Shown here piece by piece: positions 28,031-38,397 of a stretch of DNA of 64,000 bases (the first letter of the stretch is position 1; every line of letters starts with the position of its first letter). The stretch is taken from the NCBI GenBank assembly GCA_964354755.1, contig CAYHBA010000001.1, positions 224,009 to 288,008 on the forward strand. The letters run 5' to 3'. Origin of the DNA: an uncultured Thermoplasmata archaeon. GTDB taxonomy: Archaea; Thermoplasmatota; Thermoplasmata; SG8-5. The notes beneath the pieces were generated by a model, which saw only the letters and a program-made list of their open reading frames with translations, did not search any database and was not told the origin of the DNA. The translations under genes were made by a program, and so were the position numbers.

Positions 28031-29467
28031 ATGACCAAAGGTTCTGGAACAGGCAGGATGAGCATGGCCGGCATCAGCGAGATGCACCGCTCCAAGTGGA
28101 TGGGCGGCGGCCAGCAGTTTTTTCCGATGTCCCAATATTCCGGGAAATCCGGGGGGGCTTTTCAATCCGGGATCACCGACAAGAAGCTCATCGACATGTT
28201 TCTGAGAGACGAGATGGCTTACCGGATTGTCCGCGATTTCGCTGTTGATCCTCTGAAGAAGGGCTTTTCTGTCCAGGCCGCAGAGGATGACGGGGGGAAG
28301 TTCAAGGAGGATTGCTCGAAGATTCTTTCCTCTGTCGATACCATCAAGAAGCTGGGTTCTGCCAGGGTGCTGTCCAGACTGGCTGGGTTCAGCTTATTGC
28401 TGCTTGGGACAGAAGATTCCGCGCCTTCCGACAAGCCACCGGAGAACGTCAGGCGGCTGGCGTTTCTCAAGCCGGTGAGCAAGTGGAATGTCCGGGCCAT
28501 GCACCAGGATACTGATGCGTCTAGTCCTACCTTCGGGGAGATTATAGCGTATGACATCGCCAGCACCCTGCAGGGCGGGCTTACCGACACCAAAACAGTT
28601 TCTGCTGCCAGGGTCATTCACATTACGAACGACGAATTTGATTCTGATCCTCGCGGAGTCTCCACGCTGTTTCCTCTCTTCGATATCCAGAACATCAAGA
28701 AGGAAACCGATGCTGCTTTGGGGGAATCGGCTGTCAGGAACGCCGAGCCCTGGCGCGTTGTTACATTGCCTCCGGATGCGGACGAGGCCGAGGCGCAGGC
28801 TGTGGAAGATGAACTCTATGGTGGCAGGCGCAACATCTTCATCCAGCCGGGAACAGGGAACGACCAGACGGATTACAAATGGAAGCAGTTGCCCCCGAAC
28901 ACCATCAATCCGAAGGACTGGGTTGACTGGGTGAACACCCGCATTGCAGGCGGCTCCGGAATGCCGAAGACCATGCTCGAAGGCGCGACTCCCGGCAGCG
29001 TCACAGGTTCATGGGTCAGCCAGGCAGACTATTGGAAGAAATGCGGGGAGATGCAGGAAACGGATATTACGCCTATCATCGGCGAGTTGGTCCGCAGACT
29101 GCAGGGCTGGGGGCTTCTGGAAGAAAAGGATTTCGAGGTCTGCTGGCCGACATTGTGGGAGCTGGACGACAAGGAGCTTGCCGCAGTCGCCAACCTTCAG
29201 GCCAATGCATTTGCCAAGGTCGTGGCCGCGGCCAAGGACTTGTTCGAATTGCCGAAGGCCGGGGAACTCATGACCTGGGGCATAGACCAGCAGGGATTCT
29301 ATCTGGAATACGGAAAAGATTCTGGGCGGTACTACCCGATAGCAAACATGAGCAAGACCGGAATGAAGGTGCAGACCGGAGCCATCCGGCAGAGGAAGAA
29401 TGTTAAAAACAATCCTCAGAATGAAAGGATAAGGGAAGAACACGCGGGAGGCGGAACGCATGTCTAA
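28031..29467 (+). CDS. Putative portal protein
   Basis: 478 aa. It is the first gene of the morphogenesis block and is followed by scaffold/protease and capsid genes. The call rests on size and order only. Confidence 0.5.
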   Translation: MTKGSGTGRMSMAGISEMHRSKWMGGGQQFFPMSQYSGKSGGAFQSGITDKKLIDMFLRDEMAYRIVRDFAVDPLKKGFSVQAAEDDGGKFKEDCSKILSSVDTIKKLGSARVLSRLAGFSLLLLGTEDSAPSDKPPENVRRLAFLKPVSKWNVRAMHQDTDASSPTFGEIIAYDIASTLQGGLTDTKTVSAARVIHITNDEFDSDPRGVSTLFPLFDIQNIKKETDAALGESAVRNAEPWRVVTLPPDADEAEAQAVEDELYGGRRNIFIQPGTGNDQTDYKWKQLPPNTINPKDWVDWVNTRIAGGSGMPKTMLEGATPGSVTGSWVSQADYWKKCGEMQETDITPIIGELVRRLQGWGLLEEKDFEVCWPTLWELDDKELAAVANLQANAFAKVVAAAKDLFELPKAGELMTWGIDQQGFYLEYGKDSGRYYPIANMSKTGMKVQTGAIRQRKNVKNNPQNERIREEHAGGGTHV

Positions 29468-30521
29468 CACGCCTCAACCCAGGATAATGATGGCCGAGAT
29501 AATCGGCGAGCCGCGCGTGAATGTTAAAGGCCCCTATGGGCCTGAGGTTTTGGTCAAGGCCGTGATAACGCAGGAAGGCGTTCATAATGGCAGCTACAAG
29601 AATGCCGAAGAGATTGTCAAGATGGCTCGGTTCGGGCAGCACCGATGGGTCTGCGATTCCCACCCCTGGACGATTCTCGTGGCTTCGCCAACTGACATCA
29701 AGGGGTATCAGGATAATATTGCTATTGAAACAGTCGTCATGAAAAAGAACGACCTGACCATGGAAGTGCCGAGAGTCACCGCCGACTTACATGTTGTTCA
29801 GGAATGGGCGCCCGAGCTTTTCAAGGACGTTTCCGAGGGGAAGCGCAAGGCAGTTTCCATCGGTTACTGGGCGCAGATTTCCGAAGAGGAAGGCGACTTC
29901 ATGGGCGACCATTACACCGAGATGGAGAAGGAGATGGTCCAGGACCACACCGGAATTTTGAGACCGGACGAGAAGCCGGCTTGCGAATTTGCATTGATAA
30001 ACAACGCCATGAAAATGATGACCAAACAGCGCGTTGCTGGAACAAGGTCCGCCTTGGGCGGACAGGGAGGGGTCGATATGGGTGACCCGATCATTGAAAA
30101 AGACAAACAAGAGACACCGCCCAAACCCGCAGAGGCAGCAGAGCTGCCATGCGGGGCAACTGGCGGACTGAAGGAAACAGCGCCGGCCGAGGACATGGCC
30201 AAGAGGATAACGGAGCTTGAAAAGAGGGACAAAGCGAACACCGAACTCCTGGCCAGGCTGAAGGCCGAGAAGGACGCTGAGGAAAGAGCGAAGGTGAAGG
30301 AACTCGCGAAGGAACTTGCCGACATCACCGGGCAGAAGCCCGAGGTGTTTGAGGAAATGTCCTTTGAGGAGATAAAGTCGCACCTGGGGACGGCACAGAA
30401 CGCACGCGTGACCATACACAACGAGTTTAGAGGCGCTGGAGCCGCTAATCTCGGCGGAAAGGGCGCGGAACCGACTTCAAACGGTCTCACCTGGGACCCT
30501 GTGAAGAAGGCGTGGTTTTAG
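29460..30521 (+). CDS. Putative prohead protease/scaffolding protein
   Basis: Globular N-terminal domain plus a C-terminal K/E-rich coiled coil (TELEKRDKANTELLARLKAEKDAEERAKVKELAKEL). Lies between portal and capsid. Confidence 0.4.
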   Translation: MSNTPQPRIMMAEIIGEPRVNVKGPYGPEVLVKAVITQEGVHNGSYKNAEEIVKMARFGQHRWVCDSHPWTILVASPTDIKGYQDNIAIETVVMKKNDLTMEVPRVTADLHVVQEWAPELFKDVSEGKRKAVSIGYWAQISEEEGDFMGDHYTEMEKEMVQDHTGILRPDEKPACEFALINNAMKMMTKQRVAGTRSALGGQGGVDMGDPIIEKDKQETPPKPAEAAELPCGATGGLKETAPAEDMAKRITELEKRDKANTELLARLKAEKDAEERAKVKELAKELADITGQKPEVFEEMSFEEIKSHLGTAQNARVTIHNEFRGAGAANLGGKGAEPTSNGLTWDPVKKAWF

Positions 30522-30533
30522 GAGGCAAGTGAG

Positions 30534-31493
30534 ATGATAATTTCAGCAATAATTCTGATGGCCGCATTGGTCGCAGTCACGATCAACATGGCCTATACAG
30601 GAGTGAGAGCGCCGTCCAACGGGATAATCGCGCAGGGCGAACCCCTGTACGAGATATTGAAAGTCGAGACGGCAACCAACATGTACCCGGGGCGATGGGT
30701 TACAAGAGGCACGAATAACGACGACGTAATCGTCGGGGCGCTGGACAAGTCACCGGGCGGATGGCTTGGATTCGAGTACACGCCGAACAACTACATAGAC
30801 GGCCATACCGAAGACACGATATACTCGGCCAGCGACATGGTCGCAGTGTACTACGGCGGGAAATTCTGTCTGGTGGCCAGTCTTGCAGCGGGCTTCAACG
30901 TCTACAAGTATGACGGGCTGGCGAATTGGTCGGATGGCCAACTGGCTGGACCGTGCGAACCAGGCAATGGCGGGGTTTGGCTCAAGGTGCCGTTCACCAA
31001 CAGCGCCGCAGCAGTCCACGACACAGGCATCGACCTTCCTGCGGACATTGTCATCGCGGACGTTCTCATCGACGTGACGACCGGAGTGGCAGGCTCAAGC
31101 ATCGAAGTTGGATTCATCAACGCCGTGGAAAGCGGGGACGAGGACGGCCTTGTGGATGCGGCAAGCTGCGTGAACGCAGTGAAGCTCAGACCGGGAGTGA
31201 CAGTCACGACCGGCTCGAACACCAAGTACATGGCATCGACCACGCGCGGCGTTTTGCTGGCGGATTTCCAGGCCGGCTCGGATGTCGACCAGGACGAGGG
31301 CGTGTATGCCGAAAAGACGTACCGCACTGACGGCACAATCAAGTCGCTAACCTACACCACATCCAATCACGCGGTAGTGGGAAACATCTGGCTGCTTCTT
31401 CAGAACCCAACGCTCAAAGTCATCGCCACAGCGGAAGAGAATAAGGACGCAAGCTCAGCGGCTGCGGACATCGTGGTCCGGAGCATCATCTAG
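30534..31493 (+). CDS. Hypothetical head-associated protein with N-terminal hydrophobic segment
   Basis: 319 aa in the head module. Confidence 0.35.
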   Translation: MIISAIILMAALVAVTINMAYTGVRAPSNGIIAQGEPLYEILKVETATNMYPGRWVTRGTNNDDVIVGALDKSPGGWLGFEYTPNNYIDGHTEDTIYSASDMVAVYYGGKFCLVASLAAGFNVYKYDGLANWSDGQLAGPCEPGNGGVWLKVPFTNSAAAVHDTGIDLPADIVIADVLIDVTTGVAGSSIEVGFINAVESGDEDGLVDAASCVNAVKLRPGVTVTTGSNTKYMASTTRGVLLADFQAGSDVDQDEGVYAEKTYRTDGTIKSLTYTTSNHAVVGNIWLLLQNPTLKVIATAEENKDASSAAADIVVRSII

Positions 31494-31504
31494 GAGGAGA
31501 AAAC

Positions 31505-32497
31505 ATGAACAACAACATACCGAAAGGAGTGGTTCTGAACCAACCGGTTTCAACGGTCTTCAACGCGAACAACCCTGGCGCGGCCTTCGGGAAGTTCCCG
31601 ATGGCGTCTGCGAACAGGCTCGCGAACGTGCTGACGAACAGCATGCTCTCCACGGAGGAATGGAGGGAGCTGGAGACGGAAGTCAAAATCGCCGCCAGGG
31701 AGCAGATGGTCGGCCGGATGCTATTCGGCAGGGACAAGACAAACCCGCTCGGCTTGGGAATCGAACGCTACGACTTCGACAAGCTGAGCGAGCTTGGCGA
31801 GGCAGTAAGCTCCTACGGCTTCCAGGAGACAGCTAGGGACATTCCCCACAAGACGCGCGCCACAGTCAACCTGCTCGTGCATCAACTGGACTGGTTCATC
31901 AACCGCAGGACGCTGGAAGCAACAATCGCGAGCGGCCAGAGGATGGACCTCGCGACCATGAAGGGCGCGGCCTACAGGGTGGCCCAGAAGGAGAACGTCT
32001 GCTTAATAGAAGGGCTGACCCAGGACGGCACGAACTACGATGAAAGCGGCCTGTACCAAGGCGCAGGGAACTCCGAGGCGACAAGCTTGGATTACGGCAC
32101 TGTGGCGAACATAGTCACATCAATCAACAACGCCGGCGCACTTCTCAAGACCGACAACATCCCGGAGCCGTACCAACTTGTCCTCAATCCGACCCAGGAA
32201 GGCCAGACCCGCGCCCTGATATCGGGCAGCGACAAGTCATACTACCAGTGGATAGTCGAGAGGATAGGAATCTCCGGAACGCCCGGACAGATATTCTCGA
32301 CGCCGTCCATGACAGCAGGCAACGGAATCCTCATGGCCACGCCGGGCAAGGACTGGTTCAAGCACATCGTCGGATGGGACTTGGACACGTGGGTTTGCGA
32401 AGTCGGACCGATGAGGGATCTGTGGGCGAAGACCTTCATAATCAGCGCGGTGGCGTACTACGACAACAACTCGGTCTGCCAGCTGACGACCATCTAA
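31505..32497 (+). CDS. Putative major capsid protein
   Basis: 330 aa, strong RBS, in the canonical position after the scaffold. Size is typical of HK97-fold capsid proteins. Confidence 0.5.
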   Translation: MNNNIPKGVVLNQPVSTVFNANNPGAAFGKFPMASANRLANVLTNSMLSTEEWRELETEVKIAAREQMVGRMLFGRDKTNPLGLGIERYDFDKLSELGEAVSSYGFQETARDIPHKTRATVNLLVHQLDWFINRRTLEATIASGQRMDLATMKGAAYRVAQKENVCLIEGLTQDGTNYDESGLYQGAGNSEATSLDYGTVANIVTSINNAGALLKTDNIPEPYQLVLNPTQEGQTRALISGSDKSYYQWIVERIGISGTPGQIFSTPSMTAGNGILMATPGKDWFKHIVGWDLDTWVCEVGPMRDLWAKTFIISAVAYYDNNSVCQLTTI

Positions 32498-32509
32498 GGA
32501 GGCGGAGGC

Positions 32510-32872
32510 ATGGCAAACAAGGAGACAAGGATGATCCCCTGCAAGGTCAAGCAAGGCAAGACGATCGCAATCGGGTACATGGAAGGCGGCAGCGTCAACG
32601 GACAGCCAATGGTCGAGTTCGACCCCGAGGGTGGCGCGCCCATGAGGTACGTGATGAAGGGCGGGGAGACTGCCTCCCTACCCGAAGCGTTCTTCAGACG
32701 CCACAACACACATTTCGAGCTGATAGCGGCCACTGTCGACGAGTTCGTTGAAAGAGAATCGGCGCTGGCGGAAAGGGAAGCATCCCTGGATGCATGGGCA
32801 GCGGAACTCGATGCCAAAAAGAAAGAACTGGACAGCCAGGCCAGGGCAGCCAAGCCCAAGAAGGCGAAGTAA
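32510..32872 (+). CDS. Hypothetical small head protein
   Basis: 120 aa with a C-terminal K/E-rich tail. Confidence 0.35.
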   Translation: MANKETRMIPCKVKQGKTIAIGYMEGGSVNGQPMVEFDPEGGAPMRYVMKGGETASLPEAFFRRHNTHFELIAATVDEFVERESALAEREASLDAWAAELDAKKKELDSQARAAKPKKAK

Positions 32873-32935
32873 TCAAGCGAATGGCGGGGAAAGCTCCCCG
32901 CCACCTTTTCATTTTACCATCAGGAGAGATTCAAA

Positions 32936-33250
32936 ATGTCACCGGAACAGATGATCATAGCAATTGCATGTTATACCGGAGTGTTCGCGGCAGCAGCGTT
33001 GCCATACTTCCGCAAGAAAGATATCGCGACTTGGGACCGCAAGTACACCTACGTTGTAGTGTTTGCTTGCATTTTAAGCGCGGTAACTCTCGAGACCACC
33101 ATACTGCAGTATGCAGAGAGCGTTACGCAATTTAACGGCCTTCTAGCCCCATTGCTCACGGCGTTCATGGCCGGCTTCGGATTCCAGGCCGGAACCGCAG
33201 AGGCCATGAAGATTCTCGAAGAGATGAAGAATCGCCTGCCGGGGGGGTAA
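32936..33250 (+). CDS. Small membrane protein (2-3 TM), holin-like candidate
   Basis: Hydrophobic segments IIAIACYTGVFAAAALPYF, YVVVFACILSAVTL and LLAPLLTAFMAGFGF. Confidence 0.3.
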   Translation: MSPEQMIIAIACYTGVFAAAALPYFRKKDIATWDRKYTYVVVFACILSAVTLETTILQYAESVTQFNGLLAPLLTAFMAGFGFQAGTAEAMKILEEMKNRLPGG

Positions 33251-33254
33251 GAAC

Positions 33255-33599
33255 ATGACCAACGGCGCGATGGATGCGGCGGCATTCAACGAGATGGACG
33301 AAAGCGCCCAGCACATGCATCTGTACCAGCGCCTGGTGAGCATCGAGTCTGCCATGAAAAGCGTGGGGCTTTCGGCACAGAATGCCGCAAGGAGCGCCGA
33401 CAATGCGAGGTCCGGCATTGCCGCGGAGATCGAGAAACACGCGATATCATGCCTCACGGCGCGCAAGGAAGAGGCCGATGCAGTTGAAAAGGTCGTGAGC
33501 AAGGGCGACCGCTCGCTGCAACTCGCCTACGGTGTCATCGTGCTGCTGACAGGGCTCGTGACGTTCGCGTTCGGATACATTCTCAACGGGGTGATATGA
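33255..33599 (+). CDS. Hypothetical protein with C-terminal TM
   Basis: 114 aa ending in a hydrophobic segment VIVLLTGLVTFAFGYIL. Confidence 0.3.
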   Translation: MTNGAMDAAAFNEMDESAQHMHLYQRLVSIESAMKSVGLSAQNAARSADNARSGIAAEIEKHAISCLTARKEEADAVEKVVSKGDRSLQLAYGVIVLLTGLVTFAFGYILNGVI

Positions 33600-34021
33600 T
33601 GGCCTACGGCAGCCGGGAAAGAGTCAAGGAACTCTGCGGCATCAAATCCACGAACACGAATCACGATAATGAAATCGACGATTATCTCGCGGAGCTGAGC
33701 CGCTCTATGGTCGATAATGCGCTCCGGGCGGCAGGCGCCATCGTGCCGTTGGCATCCGTGCCCAGCGAGATTGACGACGCCGCCAACAACCTGGCGGCAG
33801 GCGCATTCGATGAGGACCAAGTCGGCAGGAAAAGCGGGGAGCGCGCATGGACAGACCCGAAGAGCAAGCGCGGCCAGGAGATGTTGAAAACATACATCTC
33901 AGGCCATTATCGCGGTGCCGGAGAGGGCTGTGGCCCTGGAGGACGGCGGCTGATATTCAGGCGCGTCCGGAGTCCGTATGAATCCGGAGGACGCGTTCAC
34001 GACCAAGAGGAACCGCTATGA
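33596..34021 (+). CDS. Hypothetical head-tail joining protein
   Basis: 141 aa. Assigned by position between the head and tail blocks only. Confidence 0.3.
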   Translation: MMAYGSRERVKELCGIKSTNTNHDNEIDDYLAELSRSMVDNALRAAGAIVPLASVPSEIDDAANNLAAGAFDEDQVGRKSGERAWTDPKSKRGQEMLKTYISGHYRGAGEGCGPGGRRLIFRRVRSPYESGGRVHDQEEPL

Positions 34022-34309
34022 CCGCGCTCGATGACTTCGTGGGCAGAGCCAGGGAGACGGTAGTCAACGACCGCCTGCCTGCGATCGCCGAGGCGGAATT
34101 GAAACGAAGCCTGGCGTTCATCATGGGGGGCTTATGAAGAAGTACCATTACAAGGTCAATATCGTAGAAACTCATGTCCATGAGGACATACTACAACTGG
34201 ACCCCGATGCAGAACTGCCAGAAGGCTGTGTGATGGATTGGGACAGGCCAAATGGGAAGGTCAAGATAACCAGCCCCACTAAAATACCAGGCTTGGAGGA
34301 GGAAGAGTA

Positions 34310-35032
34310 ATGGGCTGGTATGACAAGATGGAGGACACCGATGAACTGAACCTGTCCAGCCATGTCCCCGATGGCGGAGGCACATGGACGCAGGTAACTT
34401 ACACCAATGGAACAGCGAAGATTGATACTGCTCAGAAATTCGCTGGCAATTCATCAGCCAGGTTTTACTTATCAGGCACTAATCCCTTCCTGTACATGAG
34501 ATGCTCCATTACCGGGGTAATGGCAGATACATTTTATTGGAGAGTGAGATGGGATAACATAGGAAACAATCATTTAGTTCAGGGCATCCTGGGAACTGCA
34601 GCTGAAAAGTGGGGCCCGACATGGTATATTTATGGGGCATCAGGAACGCTATATTATGGTTCAGGGGTTTCCTACATAACTACTGGAAAGAATTTATCTA
34701 TTAACACTTGGTATGAATTAAAGGCCGAGTTCAACTGCACGACCAAGACTTATCTACTCTGGATTAAGGGGGGAACCTATGCGGATTGGACATTGGCCTG
34801 GGGGTCAGTAACATGGAAGGCCTTTTACAATAGCTTAGATGATTTTTCAGGAGGCATTACCAGAGTAGGCATAAGGACATTCCTAAATGGTGGGACAGGG
34901 ACCAAGAATTCATGGTGGGATGATTTATCTTTCGGTGAAATCGGAGCACATGACGCATATCTAAAGGTTGATGGCACAGCCTGGGCCGGGGATAATATTG
35001 CCACTAAAATAGATGGTGAGGTATTCACATGA
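34310..35032 (+). CDS. LamG/concanavalin-like lectin-fold protein (fibre or receptor-binding candidate)
   Basis: TWYELKAEFNCTTKTYLLWIKGG matches the LamG pattern TW..V.I..D....TY..WLNG. Paralog of 40847..41533. Confidence 0.5.
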   Translation: MGWYDKMEDTDELNLSSHVPDGGGTWTQVTYTNGTAKIDTAQKFAGNSSARFYLSGTNPFLYMRCSITGVMADTFYWRVRWDNIGNNHLVQGILGTAAEKWGPTWYIYGASGTLYYGSGVSYITTGKNLSINTWYELKAEFNCTTKTYLLWIKGGTYADWTLAWGSVTWKAFYNSLDDFSGGITRVGIRTFLNGGTGTKNSWWDDLSFGEIGAHDAYLKVDGTAWAGDNIATKIDGEVFT

Positions 35033-36522
35033 CAACGGCCACCTTGACCACCTATGCAGATAGTGGCTACGCTACCAGTCAAAGTGTATTCAAAGAGGGG
35101 GATACAATATATGCGGATGGCTACCTGACTGAGAGTGCAGCTACAATTAATACGAATGTCCTGCTGGAAGTCTATAATGATGCTGGCGTTAAGCAGGGTA
35201 GCAGTGTTATTAATGACACTTACAGCTTTAGCACAGCAGCAGTAAGGCTTGTTACCATTCATGGGCTTACCATCAGTTTTGCATGTCCTTCCACTGAGGG
35301 AAGCTATTACCTTAAATTAACTATCTCTGGCACAGGTGTAGAAACATATTATGTCTATGTTAGGTTCCAAGTCAGGAAGGTACAGATATACACTCAATCT
35401 GCGAATCCATACCTAGCCACAAGCAGCACCATCTCAGCGGAGATTGAGAAGGGGAACCTTGTAGGCTTCGATGGTGTTCTCAGTGTGCCACCCTGCACCT
35501 TAGATATAGTCGGCAGTATCTACACTGCGGATAATGTATTAGTCGAAGCCGATATATTCTCATTCAATCATACTTATGGGGGGGCTAGCTATACTGATTA
35601 CCTGGCTGCATTAAACGGGGGAACTAAACCTACCTGGGATACCACAGGCCATGACGCAGGCAGCTATTTCCTACTGATTGCATTCAGTGGCACAGGCTTC
35701 ACTTCCAGCAATGAACGTGTGTTTTTCCATATCCAAGAGGCCCAGCCCACAATATCAAGTCCGGCCATCAGCGCCGCCAGCATCACGCAGGACGAACAGG
35801 CGACCATAACCGCCACCTTCACAAACGCCACACGAGCCTGGGTCACAATCATAGATGCCGATGGCCTCGTTGAACATTCCAAGGACATGACAATCGCGGC
35901 AGGGGCCGGAACCTGCACAATACCGGGAAGATACCTCACGCCAGCAGTTTACGCGGCCGGGCAGATCGAGATTCACGCGGTCGACAGCACCGGGGCGATT
36001 GCCGCCCTGGATGAAACGCTGGAATTGGAAGTCACCGCTTCCGCATCCGCTCTCCTCATCCGGGTTGCCGAAGCTTTGCAGTTGTTAATCCGGACAGATT
36101 CACGTTTTTCAGACATCGAAGATGAAGACATCATCATCGCCGCCCATGCCAATGAAGCTGGAAAGGCCATGGGCCAGAAATCCATTGTCCTGATTCCGTT
36201 GCGCCAGGTATCGCAGGAATCGACATGCTCTCTGGATGAAAACAAACTCGTCATCTGGGCTGTATCGGTGGTTTATGACAGCAGAACCGATAGGGAAGAC
36301 TATCAGCCGCTGGAGGACATTGAAGAAATGATGGCCAATCTCAAACAACTTATTCGGGAGCAGGACGACGATCCTGACGAACGGCTCTCAGGCATCGCGC
36401 AGAGCATTCATGCGACATCGATGGGAGACGAGAACATGAACAAGCGCGGCGGGACCGTGCTCGTGGGATATACGGAGATCATAGTCACGGTTCTGACAGA
36501 CGAGAACGGAGAACCCCAATGA
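35029..36522 (+). CDS. Structural protein with beta-rich, Ig-like repeats
   Basis: 497 aa, T/S/A-rich. Confidence 0.4.
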   Translation: MTTATLTTYADSGYATSQSVFKEGDTIYADGYLTESAATINTNVLLEVYNDAGVKQGSSVINDTYSFSTAAVRLVTIHGLTISFACPSTEGSYYLKLTISGTGVETYYVYVRFQVRKVQIYTQSANPYLATSSTISAEIEKGNLVGFDGVLSVPPCTLDIVGSIYTADNVLVEADIFSFNHTYGGASYTDYLAALNGGTKPTWDTTGHDAGSYFLLIAFSGTGFTSSNERVFFHIQEAQPTISSPAISAASITQDEQATITATFTNATRAWVTIIDADGLVEHSKDMTIAAGAGTCTIPGRYLTPAVYAAGQIEIHAVDSTGAIAALDETLELEVTASASALLIRVAEALQLLIRTDSRFSDIEDEDIIIAAHANEAGKAMGQKSIVLIPLRQVSQESTCSLDENKLVIWAVSVVYDSRTDREDYQPLEDIEEMMANLKQLIREQDDDPDERLSGIAQSIHATSMGDENMNKRGGTVLVGYTEIIVTVLTDENGEPQ

Positions 36523-36534
36523 GGAGGAACATGC

Positions 36535-36774
36535 ATGGCAAAGAAAAATAATGACAAAATCCCGGCCTATTTCAGGAACACAGGAGGCCCGCAGATAGTG
36601 ACCTTGCACGGCCCTGTGAAAGCCGGCGAGGTGATGACCACCGATAATCCGACAGTAGCGAAAGGACTCAGGAGCCATTCGCGTTATCGGGAGGTTTCAA
36701 AATCGGAATATGACAAATACAAGAAGACTGCAAGCCCAGAGTTCAGAACCGGGGAGGAGACATGGCGAGAATAG
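36535..36774 (+). CDS. Small hypothetical protein
   Basis: 79 aa with a strong RBS (ggaggaacATG). Confidence 0.3.
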   Translation: MAKKNNDKIPAYFRNTGGPQIVTLHGPVKAGEVMTTDNPTVAKGLRSHSRYREVSKSEYDKYKKTASPEFRTGEETWRE

Positions 36775-37718
36775 TGAAGTACGTCGGACTCGGCGAGGAA
36801 GCCACAGCCCTCACCGAAGCCAGCTCAAAGAATGTTTATCTCGATGTCATAGACTTCGACGCCGGCCAGAACCAGCAATGGGAGAACGAAGGCGGCGTGG
36901 CCAACAGCTATGTTTCGGACAAGAACATGATGGCCGAAGACGCATCGCCCAGGTTCAACTTCCCAATCGGGCCGGAGAGCGGCATCGGCTGGCTTTTGAA
37001 ATGGTTTCTCGGAGACCCGACAAGCACGCAGCAAGAGACCAGCATCGCCTACGAACACGAGTTCGAATCCGATGACGCGCTGAAGACATTCACCGTTTTC
37101 GCGGGAAGCGAAGACCTCACAGAGGAACCGTATCCTGGCCAGTCCGGAGACGTGCTTGGCTTATCCTGCCAGAAAGGCGGGGTGCTCATGGGTTCATTGT
37201 CCGCTTACGGTTTGAACAAAGCCGCTGACAACGCACTCGCGGCGGCAAGCTTCAGCGGCCTGAAATCGTTCAGGTTCAGGGACATGACGTTCAAAGCAGA
37301 CACCGTCGCCAAATCATCCTGTGTCCAATCGATGTCCATGAAACTGGACCAGGGGCTTGCGAAGAACATGCACACGTCCGGAAGCGCAGCCCTGCAAAAC
37401 CGGGCCAAGCACACCGTCAGACTCATCACCGGAACCGTGGAGTTCAGCAAGTACGACTCGGCCCTGCGCACCGCTCACAACAACAAGACCGCCGTCGCGC
37501 TCGAGTTCGCATGGACCGGCGCCTTGATCGTTGATACGTATTACTACAAACTGACAATCACGCTTCCCTCGGCATATATCACAAGCTATCGCCATCCAGT
37601 CAAAGGCCGCGCCATCGAGATGCACACATTCGGTTTCGAGGCAAAGAACGATCCGACCGAGGGCTCCGAGATCAATGTGAAACTGGTCAACACGGAAACC
37701 GATTATCCAGATGCCTGA
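36762..37718 (+). CDS. Putative major tail protein
   Basis: 318 aa, immediately followed by overlapping chaperone-like ORFs. Assigned by position only. Confidence 0.35.
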   Translation: MARIVKYVGLGEEATALTEASSKNVYLDVIDFDAGQNQQWENEGGVANSYVSDKNMMAEDASPRFNFPIGPESGIGWLLKWFLGDPTSTQQETSIAYEHEFESDDALKTFTVFAGSEDLTEEPYPGQSGDVLGLSCQKGGVLMGSLSAYGLNKAADNALAAASFSGLKSFRFRDMTFKADTVAKSSCVQSMSMKLDQGLAKNMHTSGSAALQNRAKHTVRLITGTVEFSKYDSALRTAHNNKTAVALEFAWTGALIVDTYYYKLTITLPSAYITSYRHPVKGRAIEMHTFGFEAKNDPTEGSEINVKLVNTETDYPDA

Positions 37719-37730
37719 GCCGGAGGAAAA

Positions 37731-38204
37731 ATGACAGAAAGAATCGGCCGCCGAAGAAAAGACTGGCATGTCGAAGTCGAGGAAGAGGACGGTACATTCA
37801 CCACAATCAGCGGGAGATATGCCGGGCAGATGGACATAGCGTTTTCGTTGATGTCCGCAGAGCAAAACCCCAGGACATACATCGCCATGCTCCAGAAAGA
37901 ATTGTTCCAGCGCTGCGTAACTTCTCATAAGATGTTTGCCAATCCGCTGGACAAACATGTTCTCACTGAGGAAACATTCGATTCATCCAATCCGACGCAC
38001 ATGCTCATCAGCGAGCTGGAGGACGACGCCCAACGTTCGCTGCTCTGGACAATGGCCCCGTTCATGAAAGAGCTTGCCGAGAAAGAATCTGCTCCGGAGC
38101 AGAAGGAGGGCCAGGCGCTTGCCGAGAGATTTCGACAGGAAAAACCTCATCAGGATAACGAAGCTTGCGAAACTGACAGGCCAGATGCCGCACGTTCTGG
38201 CTGA
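37731..38204 (+). CDS. Putative tail assembly chaperone
   Basis: Acidic 157-aa protein whose 3' end overlaps a second ORF in another frame (38074..38397), reminiscent of the G/GT frameshift arrangement. Confidence 0.35.
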   Translation: MTERIGRRRKDWHVEVEEEDGTFTTISGRYAGQMDIAFSLMSAEQNPRTYIAMLQKELFQRCVTSHKMFANPLDKHVLTEETFDSSNPTHMLISELEDDAQRSLLWTMAPFMKELAEKESAPEQKEGQALAERFRQEKPHQDNEACETDRPDAARSG

Positions 38205-38397
38205 ATACTATAACGCCCACCAATGGGAATACGGCTTTGACATCGCGGCATACGAAATTATGTCCGATTCGGAAAAGATAACGACCAGCCGACGAAACAT
38301 GGGCGTCCAGAACTTCACCGAGGAACAATGCGACAAGATGGTTCAAGAACGAAATGCCTGGATGAAAAACCTCAGGGAGAAATCATGGGACTCGTAA
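38074..38397 (+). CDS. Overlapping ORF, possible frameshift extension of the tail chaperone
   Basis: Overlaps 37731..38204 by ~130 nt in a different frame. Confidence 0.25.
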   Translation: MPRKNLLRSRRRARRLPRDFDRKNLIRITKLAKLTGQMPHVLAEYYNAHQWEYGFDIAAYEIMSDSEKITTSRRNMGVQNFTEEQCDKMVQERNAWMKNLREKSWDS